Virus record (IMG/VR): IMGVR_UViG_3300020431_000022
Location: 1-30,078 of that record
Reading direction: 5' to 3' (one strand)
From: a virus
Lineage: Duplodnaviria > Caudoviricetes
Length of the DNA stretch: 30,078 nt
Shown: in pieces, positions 10,137 to 16,743 of the stretch
How positions within the stretch are numbered: position 1 is the stretch's first letter
Layout of the letters: the number at the start of each line of letters is the position of its first letter
Position numbers and translations under genes: made by a program
The notes under the pieces: generated by a model
The model's input: the letters and a program-made list of their open reading frames with translations, nothing else
Told to the model about the DNA's origin: nothing
Databases searched by the model: none

Positions 10137-10165
10137 ATTATATCACAAAAAGATTACCTGTGCAA
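10137..10165 (-). promoter_or_regulatory. Sigma70-type promoter TTGCAC-N17-TATAAT with extended -10 (TGn)
   Basis: Minus strand TTGCAC AGGTAATCTTTTTGTGA TATAAT; predicted +1 near 10130. Confidence 0.7.
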
Positions 10166-10178
10166 ATCATACTCTTTG

Positions 10179-10340
10179 TTACTCCATTACGTTTTTTGAT
10201 TCTGTGCAGATAACCCAATTATAACTCTTTTTCATTTCATTTGCAAACCACTTGGCATTAACTTCGTTATCAAAGTATCTACTCTGTTGTTGAGGAGAAA
10301 GTTCTCCTGGTTCGGACCATCGAACAATGTATTTACTCAC
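10179..10340 (-). CDS. Small hypothetical protein, 53 aa (MSKYIVRWSEPGELSPQQQSRYFDNEVNAKWFANEMKKSYNWVICTESKNVME)
   Basis: Below the ORF-track cut-off. The GTG start overlaps the TGA stop of the upstream gene (GTGA coupling) and the ORF fills the intergenic gap. Confidence 0.65.
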   Translation of the reverse strand: MSKYIVRWSEPGELSPQQQSRYFDNEVNAKWFANEMKKSYNWVICTESKNVME

Positions 10341-11065
10341 AAAAATAGTACCTGTGCAATCCTTTCATTATTTTTGAACCATCCAGGAGCCATACTTGGT
10401 GCATGTAGAACATCCACAGGGTAAATAAGCATTCTATTATATCTCATTCCAATCTCTGCCTCAATTTTTAGTGCAGAAGACATTTGAAGTTCAGTGAATA
10501 AGTCTTGATATGTTTTGGTGCATTTATTATCGGCACTTGTCATCTCAGTGAACTGTTTCTCATATAGTAGAGATCTTTCTAGTCCTTGTTTGTCAAGGTA
10601 ACTATAGAAGTTTGTGCCTCCTTCGCATTCTTCAGGAGTATTCAAATAGATTACAACCCCAAATCTACTCGGAAGTTGAAATTTCAAATATGTATCTTGG
10701 TGTGGAACCAACCCCAAAGGATTATTAACTAATGTTTGGTGACTAGTAAAGTTTACTAAAAACTCTGCATTTTTCCAACTAGTTTCATATGATAACTCAT
10801 CGTACCAGTTATTCCAGATAGCACGATTTCTAACAAAATCATCAATAACTTCTTTTATATTACGGATATCTTTGTGTGGAATTGCTAGTCTATCACCAAA
10901 GTCACATTGTTCATTGATCTTTCCTGCTTCACCCCTATGAGTTAATGCAAATTTTCTAACTTCATCGGGATTTTTATAAAGATTATCAATTACTATACAT
11001 GTAACTGCATTTGGTCCAATACCGTCAATTTGAGCAACTTCTAACTCATTACCGATCTCAAACAT
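10337..11065 (-). CDS. 2OG-Fe(II) oxygenase-like protein (DUF6445-like)
   Basis: IVIDNLYKNPDEVR, PHQD, VIYLN...GGTNFY, YNRMLIYP.DVLHA; paralogous motifs to 2009..2770. Confidence 0.82.
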   Translation of the reverse strand: MFEIGNELEVAQIDGIGPNAVTCIVIDNLYKNPDEVRKFALTHRGEAGKINEQCDFGDRLAIPHKDIRNIKEVIDDFVRNRAIWNNWYDELSYETSWKNAEFLVNFTSHQTLVNNPLGLVPHQDTYLKFQLPSRFGVVIYLNTPEECEGGTNFYSYLDKQGLERSLLYEKQFTEMTSADNKCTKTYQDLFTELQMSSALKIEAEIGMRYNRMLIYPVDVLHAPSMAPGWFKNNERIAQVLFL

Positions 11066-11090
11066 ATTTGCAACAAATTTATATTATATA

Positions 11091-11163
11091 TGGGAGATGT
11101 GGGGATCGAACCCACCTTATCCGAATTATGAGCTCGGTGCATTCACCAGATTGCTAATCTCCC
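11091..11163 (-). tRNA. tRNA with CAT anticodon (elongator Met or Ile2)
   Basis: GGGAGAT/ATCTCCC acceptor stem, anticodon arm CCGAG-CTCATAA-TTCGG, T arm GTGGG-TTCGATC-CCCAC. G1-C72 is paired and the three consecutive G-C anticodon-stem pairs are absent, so it is not an initiator tRNA. No encoded CCA. Confidence 0.9.
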
Positions 11164-11167
11164 TAAA

Positions 11168-11239
11168 CTCCCCTTCCTGGGATCGAACCAGGGACCAAAC
11201 GATTAACAGTCGTTCGCTCTACCGCTGAGCTAAAGAGGA
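11168..11239 (-). tRNA. tRNA-Asn(GTT)
   Basis: TCCTCTT/AGGGGA acceptor stem, G73, anticodon arm AACGA-CTGTTAA-TCGTT, T arm CCTGG-TTCGATC-CCAGG. Confidence 0.95.
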
Positions 11240-11421
11240 TTGTCTTTTTTATGTGTCTCTAGAAGATATTCAACAGTGTTTGCTACATCATTCATAGCAT
11301 CACGAAGCATAGGTTGTTGACCAGAACTTTGTTCTACTTTAGTAACACCGTTCTTAAACTCTTCACAAAGAGTCCAACGCCATTGACCCATACTATTAGA
11401 ATACCAAAGATTAATCTTCAT
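11230..11421 (-). CDS. Small hypothetical cyanophage protein, 63 aa (MKINLWYSNSMGQWRWTL...)
   Basis: AGAGG RBS just upstream of the ATG. Its last 10 nt, including the TAG, overlap the 5' end of tRNA-Asn. Confidence 0.7.
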   Translation of the reverse strand: MKINLWYSNSMGQWRWTLCEEFKNGVTKVEQSSGQQPMLRDAMNDVANTVEYLLETHKKDNPL

Positions 11422-11436
11422 GGAACCTCTAGATTT

Positions 11437-11457
11437 AAAGGGGGCATTCCACCCCCC
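11437..11457 (-). terminator. GC-rich hairpin at the 3' end of the tmRNA coding piece (terminator or processing hairpin)
   Basis: GGGGGGTG-GAA-TGCCCCC-TTT on -; the U tract is short. Confidence 0.5.
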
Positions 11458-11501
11458 AGAACTACTTGGTTAACAAGGCTAGTTTAACCCCGATCCCCCA
11501 T

Positions 11502-11573
11502 TCAGGCAGTCGCGAGTTCGCGAGTGCGGGAGAATGCAACGATGTTATTCGCTGCGGTGTCAGATGTTTTTGC
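11502..11573 (-). other. tmRNA tag reading frame
   Basis: GCA AAA ACA TCT GAC ACC GCA GCG AAT AAC ATC GTT GCA TTC TCC CGC ACT CGC GAA CTC GCG ACT GCC TGA. The resume codon is either GCA at 11573 or GCG at 11552. Confidence 0.8.
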
Positions 11574-11648
11574 ATCTATGGTTTGCTTATCCAAGCAGGT
11601 TTCAGTCACATTCCGTGTACCCTGTCGAAACCATGGCACCCCCAGGAG

Positions 11649-11730
11649 TGGGCAGAGTTGGATTTGAACCAACGTAAGCATAGCTAACGGATTTACAGTC
11701 CGTCTCCTTTAACCACTCGGACACCTACCC
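11649..11730 (-). tRNA. tRNA-Tyr(GTA), located between the two tmRNA pieces
   Basis: GGGTAGG/TCTGCCC acceptor stem, A73, anticodon arm ACGGA-CTGTAAA-TCCGT, long variable arm, T arm GTTGG-TTCAAAT-CCAAC. Confidence 0.95.
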
Positions 11731-11732
11731 GA

Positions 11733-11799
11733 TGGAAGTGAGGGGAATCGAACCCCTGTCCAGAATGTCGATGATGTAACCTATTCCACAAAAGTGGAA
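11733..11799 (-). ncRNA. ssrA: tmRNA, acceptor piece of a two-piece permuted gene
   Basis: ...ATTCTG-GAC-AGGGG-TTCGATT-CCCCT-CACTTCC-A: T arm plus acceptor 3' strand, complementary to GGGGGTG at 11643 with G3-U70 and A73. The 5' hairpin is TTCCAC-TTTT-GTGGAA; the 5' end is approximate. Confidence 0.88.
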
Positions 11800-11871
11800 A
11801 GCCCACAGTAGGATTTGAACCAACGACCTACGCTTTACAAAAGCGTTGCTCTACCACTGAGCTATATGGGC
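11800..11871 (-). tRNA. tRNA-Thr(TGT)
   Basis: GCCCATA/TGTGGGC acceptor stem, anticodon arm ACGCT-TTTGTAA-AGCGT, T arm with one T-T mismatch. Confidence 0.93.
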
Positions 11872-11872
11872 A

Positions 11873-11908
11873 GTTATCAGGATGAAACCTTTAAAAGATC
11901 CTGATAAC
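11873..11908. repeat. Perfect 11-bp inverted repeat GTTATCAGGAT-N14-ATCCTGATAAC
   Basis: Seen directly between the promoter and tRNA-Thr. Confidence 0.8.
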
Positions 11909-11911
11909 AAT

Positions 11912-11940
11912 AATATAGACTAGAAAAGGTTAGATGTCAA
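11912..11940 (-). promoter_or_regulatory. Sigma70-type (early) promoter TTGACA-N17-TATATT for the tRNA/tmRNA operon
   Basis: Minus strand TTGACA TCTAACCTTTTCTAGTC TATATT, ~40 nt upstream of tRNA-Thr. Confidence 0.8.
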
Positions 11941-12076
11941 CAGGTCTTGGGGGAGGACTTTTAAGACCAGAGTTGTGAAGGTTTTTGATTGCTTTGGATA
12001 ATTCTGGAGTTTCATCCCATTGCCAAATTTCTTCGCGTCCTTTTTTATCTACTTTTTTGAACTTTTTAGTACTCAT
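11930..12076 (-). CDS. Small hypothetical protein, 48 aa (MSTKKFKKVDKKGREEIWQWDETPELSKAIKNLHNSGLKSPPPRPVDI)
   Basis: Below the ORF-track cut-off; ATGA overlap with the stop of 12073..12300. Confidence 0.65.
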   Translation of the reverse strand: MSTKKFKKVDKKGREEIWQWDETPELSKAIKNLHNSGLKSPPPRPVDI

Positions 12077-12300
12077 TTTCCGTCTCCAATAGTAACATCG
12101 AGAATTCGGTCAATTTTAAATTTGTTGGAACGTGCATCAACTTCAACGGCATCCATTCGTTGTTCCAAACTTTTTAGTCTGGTAATAATATCACCAACCG
12201 CTTCGCCAATATAATCAATATTATCTAGCAAAAGCTCATTACCATACTTTGCGTTGGGTTCACTTCTAATTACGTTTTCTTTTTCCATTTTAGCCTCCAT
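12073..12300 (-). CDS. Hypothetical protein, probable coiled-coil
   Basis: 75-aa ORF in a tightly packed minus-strand run, with heptad-like IITRLKSLEQRMDAVE. Confidence 0.65.
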   Translation of the reverse strand: MEAKMEKENVIRSEPNAKYGNELLLDNIDYIGEAVGDIITRLKSLEQRMDAVEVDARSNKFKIDRILDVTIGDGK

Positions 12301-12820
12301 AGTTCATGTAGATGTTGCCTGAGATTGTACTGCCAATATTACCACTATTTACGAAATGAAGCAACATTGACGGGAAGATGATAATACTTCCTGGGCCCAG
12401 ATCTGGTTTATAATCTGGTGCAAAAGCATGACAGTTCATGCCATACTTCTCCTGAATAACAGCGAGTGAGGGATTTAAGAAAGAGGTTTTAGAGTTCACT
12501 GTTTCGTAAATGATAAAGCTCCATTGACATCTTGGATGGATGTGTGGATCTTGATAATCATTCTCATCATATATATTCCTCCATATATGAGAAATACGAG
12601 GATTGGAGGCTATTAAACCTTCAACACCAAGATTCCTATCAATGACACTGGTTAGATGATTCATAGCATCATCACTAATATCTAGTTTAGAATTAAATGA
12701 CGATGGAGTATTTGAATCCCAAGTTTCTATAATCTCCGCATCTTCACATTGAGGAATCTTGAATAGTTCAAGATCTATCGTATCTTCAAAGATTGGAATA
12801 GCAAAAATTTCTTTTTTCAT
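12290..12820 (-). CDS. Putative 2OG-Fe(II) oxygenase (TIGR02466-like)
   Basis: WRNIY..NDYQDPHIHP..WSFIIY and PGSIIIFPSMLLHFV motifs. Confidence 0.82.
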   Translation of the reverse strand: MKKEIFAIPIFEDTIDLELFKIPQCEDAEIIETWDSNTPSSFNSKLDISDDAMNHLTSVIDRNLGVEGLIASNPRISHIWRNIYDENDYQDPHIHPRCQWSFIIYETVNSKTSFLNPSLAVIQEKYGMNCHAFAPDYKPDLGPGSIIIFPSMLLHFVNSGNIGSTISGNIYMNYGG

Positions 12821-13470
12821 TATTTGGATGGTAGAGGATCCTTTCGCATAGTCTTATAAACTAAAGTTGCTCTGAGTCCCCTATAATATTCTCCATTTGG
12901 TGGAGCACCTCTATGTGGAATGTTGCCTTTAAAAAAGCATACTCTTCCTGGTTTTGGTAAAACCTCTACAGTTTCCCCATTATGTTCGATAATAGTTGGA
13001 CCACCCCATTCGGGTTCCCATCTCTTATTTACATAATAGATCCAGCTCAATCCATTATCACAACTACAATCTTGATGAATAGTTGTATCATGAATATATT
13101 GTTGTCCATTGACTAGGACTTCTCCTAATTCAAGATCAAAATTAATAGAACCTACAACTGCATTATACAACATTTCGTAGGCAGTGTCACTTGCAGACTC
13201 AGATCTTGCAGGAAAAATTGATTGTTTGAAACAGGGAACTTCAAAATTGAAGTCAGCACCTTTATCATAATCCCAATCTGGTGTGCCATCTTCATTATCT
13301 TTACGTCCACTACAAAGACCATATTGCCATCCAAATCCATGCAATATAGTTTTATCCATGTGATGAATAAACCACCACGGAAATAGATTATCAATTACGT
13401 AAATTTCGTCTTGTGATAGATCGTATTGTGAAAAATTTAAAGGTTCTCTACAGCAGTCAATATATATCAT
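12820..13470 (-). CDS. 2OG-Fe(II) oxygenase
   Basis: IHQD, IYYVNKRWEPEWGGPT, PKPGRVCFFKGNIPHRGAPP...RATLVYK motifs. Confidence 0.87.
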   Translation of the reverse strand: MIYIDCCREPLNFSQYDLSQDEIYVIDNLFPWWFIHHMDKTILHGFGWQYGLCSGRKDNEDGTPDWDYDKGADFNFEVPCFKQSIFPARSESASDTAYEMLYNAVVGSINFDLELGEVLVNGQQYIHDTTIHQDCSCDNGLSWIYYVNKRWEPEWGGPTIIEHNGETVEVLPKPGRVCFFKGNIPHRGAPPNGEYYRGLRATLVYKTMRKDPLPSK

Positions 13471-13649
13471 GGTTCTTCATTCACATCTATAATTTCGGAA
13501 ACAGGTACTTCATGCATACCACCAATAAGATACCAATGATCTCCCTTCCTTTCTCCAAGATACATTAATTCTTTATCTGAAAAAGTATTCTCTCGCAACA
13601 TTGCTTGCAATTGAAGATGTTTCAGTTCATCATCTGAAGGAGCATTCAT
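13467..13649 (-). CDS. Small hypothetical protein
   Basis: 60 aa; its stop overlaps the next start (ATGA). Confidence 0.65.
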   Translation of the reverse strand: MNAPSDDELKHLQLQAMLRENTFSDKELMYLGERKGDHWYLIGGMHEVPVSEIIDVNEEP

Positions 13650-13685
13650 AAAAAATAATATGAGAGTATAGTATATATCTGGTGA

Positions 13686-15290
13686 TTAGATCCCTACTTC
13701 ACCCCAATCAAAATCTTCAAGAGTCTCTGCTTGGTTTTTTTGTTTCCGTCTCTTATCATTAACGAAAGCAATACCTTGCAACATTCCCCAAGCCGTAGTT
13801 TCTTCTTCTGTTCTCAACTCTCTAATAATTTTAGTTCCCGAAAGATATTTGTCAATCTTAGGAGTATTTTCAGCAATTTTAGCAGACATCTCACTTTCTC
13901 TACTTGCAATTGCACTGGTAAGATCACCGCAACCATTAAGACTTGGATTATTTGGACTAATAACAGTGGATGATATCGTAGATGATGGAACTGTAGAACC
14001 AGTACTGACCCTAAGTATTGTACCTTCTGGAACATATACGTCAGCGTTATATCCGTATGTGTATGGACTTTGTTGCGTTCCAGCTCCACCTCTAGTTACT
14101 CTTCTAAGTGTTGGCCAAGAAGACGCACCTACCCAATACTCAGCAAATCCTGCACCAACTGCGGGTTCGTCATCTCCGCGAACTTCATGCCATTCTTTTA
14201 TTTCTTTTGGATCTCCATTATTAATCAAATCGATCTTATGGCCTCTACCAATTCCCTTTCCTTCAGCAATTCCAATTTCTACTGGATCGATGGGGTTCTT
14301 AGTAGCTTCAAACTGAAGATCCTGATTAGTAGGTCCTCTAACAACAATAAAAGAAGTACGAGAAGCACCAACCGTAGTAATTGTATCAAAATACACGGCA
14401 GGGTAAGTATCTACAACGCCTATGGAAAATTCATTACTGGAAGTATCCCCCAAAGCAACATTGCTAACTACAGCAAAGTCAATACCAACAGTAGTTGTAA
14501 AATCACCACCGTTGATATTCAGATCCGCAGTTGATTCTCCAAAACTTTCAATAACGGTTCCAACAGGAAAGAACTCCGAATAGATAAAATCTCCCACACT
14601 GAATGATGTCATAAATCCTGTTGATCCATCGCTGTATATTTTATTAACCGCAGCAGTGCAAAATCCACTTATCGACACTCGTTCTTTGGGGTAAGCGGCT
14701 GTTCCCAATGCAACAACAGTTGGAAGATTACCTGTTTGAAAATAAACGGGATCTTCCAAATCATCAGTAAGAATATCACCAACTTTAATAATACCTCCAG
14801 TAAAATCATATCCATTACTATCAAATATAACAAGGACTGATGTTAAAGCATCGATACTAGCATCCCGAATCTCATCAATTACATTAGCACCGTACTCCAT
14901 ATTCTTAGGATACCTATAGTACTTGCAACCATAATAATTTATCTGCTGACGTTGAGATGGGTCCTTTACAACCTCCCAAGTTTGAGACTCAGTGGAATCA
15001 AGTCCAGGGCGCCCTGGGGTTGATTCTGTTGATTGTAGTTGCCAAATCAATGGACTTAAACAACCAGCTTCAATTCTTGCATCATATGCATCTCTAACTG
15101 CATTAATGGTACTATTAATCTCACTAACTAGAGGAACAGTCTTTTGATCCAAACCATCTATTAGTTCATCATACTCATCAGCGATGGCATCAGCAATGGC
15201 AAGTTGTTCACTCATTGCCTCCACTTGGTCTTTTGATTGCCTTCGTTGCTCTCGCAACCTTTTAGCCATTTCAGCAGGATTCGCTTTCAT
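13686..15290 (-). CDS. Putative virion structural protein (coiled-coil ends, beta-rich centre)
   Basis: 534 aa, TAATG-coupled to the gp5-downstream structural cluster. Confidence 0.7.
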   Translation of the reverse strand: MKANPAEMAKRLREQRRQSKDQVEAMSEQLAIADAIADEYDELIDGLDQKTVPLVSEINSTINAVRDAYDARIEAGCLSPLIWQLQSTESTPGRPGLDSTESQTWEVVKDPSQRQQINYYGCKYYRYPKNMEYGANVIDEIRDASIDALTSVLVIFDSNGYDFTGGIIKVGDILTDDLEDPVYFQTGNLPTVVALGTAAYPKERVSISGFCTAAVNKIYSDGSTGFMTSFSVGDFIYSEFFPVGTVIESFGESTADLNINGGDFTTTVGIDFAVVSNVALGDTSSNEFSIGVVDTYPAVYFDTITTVGASRTSFIVVRGPTNQDLQFEATKNPIDPVEIGIAEGKGIGRGHKIDLINNGDPKEIKEWHEVRGDDEPAVGAGFAEYWVGASSWPTLRRVTRGGAGTQQSPYTYGYNADVYVPEGTILRVSTGSTVPSSTISSTVISPNNPSLNGCGDLTSAIASRESEMSAKIAENTPKIDKYLSGTKIIRELRTEEETTAWGMLQGIAFVNDKRRKQKNQAETLEDFDWGEVGI

Positions 15291-16174
15291 TATCCATTTA
15301 CTCCTTTTCTATAATCATAGTTATATCCAACAATAGATCTCTGGGAATTATCGCCTGGATAATCTTCAATCTTCCCTTCATATTCAACATATAACTTTTC
15401 GAGATCTTTTCTTTCACCAAAAATTGTATAATAATAATTGAAGTGAATTCCCCCACCAATATTAATTACACCACCATTATAATCAACTGACTCTACGTAT
15501 AGATTTTGGTTTTCTCCAATAGGAGTTAAATTAACAGTGATAGAATCCTCATGTACTAGACCTTTCCAGTATTCTGGTATTTGAATTACATTAGATTCGG
15601 ATTTACCGCGATGATATACACCAACTTCTGGACCTTCAATGCAAGCATGAGCAAGCCTCCAACCTTTCTTGGTTGGATGATGCATATCAAATCCTTTACC
15701 AGGAGCAAGCATTGCAGCAGCAATCTTACCATCTAGCCATGCACAGTTAATAACACCAGCAACATTGAGTACTCCATTGACATTATCTGCACCATTTTGC
15801 ACCTTCACCGAATTACCAACTTTCAATGCATTGGCAATATCAACACCATTCTTAAGACTTAACGCATTCTTAATTGTAGTACCAAGTTTAGTTGTAAGAC
15901 CAGTAAAGGTACTAACTGCCGTAACATTGAAAACACCAATGATATTTGCAATCCCAATTACTTCTAATGACGCAGGAACTGATATCCCAAGTGGAGGACC
16001 AATCATTACTGTAGCTCGTGGAGCCCCAACAGTTCCATTTGCACCAAAATATGCTGGTCCATTACAAACTAATGTACCAGGAAATAATCTTGAAGAAGCG
16101 TCTAGGAAGGAAACATCTAATGCCCCGATGATAACCTTATCACCGAACATTCCTATCGAACCAGTAACTGCCAT
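15290..16174 (-). CDS. Baseplate/spike-associated structural protein with beta-helix-like repeats and a C-terminal chaperone-like domain
   Basis: Val/Gly/Asn repeats followed by FDMHHPTKKGWRLAHACIEGPEVGVYHRG...IPEYW, a C-terminal module common in phage fibre proteins. Confidence 0.65.
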   Translation of the reverse strand: MAVTGSIGMFGDKVIIGALDVSFLDASSRLFPGTLVCNGPAYFGANGTVGAPRATVMIGPPLGISVPASLEVIGIANIIGVFNVTAVSTFTGLTTKLGTTIKNALSLKNGVDIANALKVGNSVKVQNGADNVNGVLNVAGVINCAWLDGKIAAAMLAPGKGFDMHHPTKKGWRLAHACIEGPEVGVYHRGKSESNVIQIPEYWKGLVHEDSITVNLTPIGENQNLYVESVDYNGGVINIGGGIHFNYYYTIFGERKDLEKLYVEYEGKIEDYPGDNSQRSIVGYNYDYRKGVNG

Positions 16175-16743
16175 TAGAAGAAGTCCTTAAATTTATCTAG
16201 AAACTTGAGGACACCTCCCAAGAAACTACCCTGGAAAATATCTGTCATAGTTCCACCTTCATTTGAAACTGATCCTGTATTTTCAACAAAAGTTGCCCCT
16301 AATGATAAGTTGTTACTTCCAAGGATATTTACATTAGTTCCTTTGATATGACAAACAGCACCTTTAATATAGACATGTTTACCCGAGACCAAAGTAATTT
16401 CTCCAGAACCATCTTCAGCAGATAATCGAATATTTCTACCCTTAAGAATAATATCACCATCTTGAGCATCAATCAAAATATGACCAGAACCAGCTGTTAG
16501 GATCTTAGCATAATCATCTTCTGTTGTTGTTTTATACCCACATAGTTCATATGAGGTTCCATTACATATGGATTTATAATATCCATCTTTATAATATGTA
16601 AATCCTTGAGATTCATCGGTAATCATGGAAAGGTCACTAGTCTTTCCCTTCAACTCACCCGAATCAATCAATATCCCAGATTCGACTCGGAATCCAGGAT
16701 AATTTCTAAAATATTCTTTAGAGTTTGGTTGTTGTGTGCTCAT
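16174..16743 (-). CDS. gp5 C-terminal-like beta-helix spike protein
   Basis: IxA..GDIILKGRNIRLSA-type repeats directly downstream of gp5; TAATG coupling. Confidence 0.6.
   Translation of the reverse strand: MSTQQPNSKEYFRNYPGFRVESGILIDSGELKGKTSDLSMITDESQGFTYYKDGYYKSICNGTSYELCGYKTTTEDDYAKILTAGSGHILIDAQDGDIILKGRNIRLSAEDGSGEITLVSGKHVYIKGAVCHIKGTNVNILGSNNLSLGATFVENTGSVSNEGGTMTDIFQGSFLGGVLKFLDKFKDFF

Larger units (their letters stand above)
11437..11643 (-). ncRNA. ssrA: tmRNA, coding piece of a two-piece permuted gene
   Basis: Begins GGGGGTG-CCATGG-TTTCGAC (acceptor 5' strand plus D-loop analogue). Contains a tag frame ending (AKTSDTA)ANNIVAFSRTRELATA-TGA, matching the cyanobacterial ANNIV.FSR tag type. 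The 3' end is approximate. Confidence 0.92.

Noticed and set aside
11466-11687. 73-aa plus-strand ORF
   Set aside because: Antisense to the tmRNA coding piece and tRNA-Tyr; TTG start with no supporting context.
11733-11770. Isolated tRNA 3' half, suggesting an att site or tRNA pseudogene
   Set aside because: Its acceptor and P2 strands pair with the GGGGGTG..TTTCGAC segment at 11643, so it is the tmRNA acceptor piece. No integrase is nearby.
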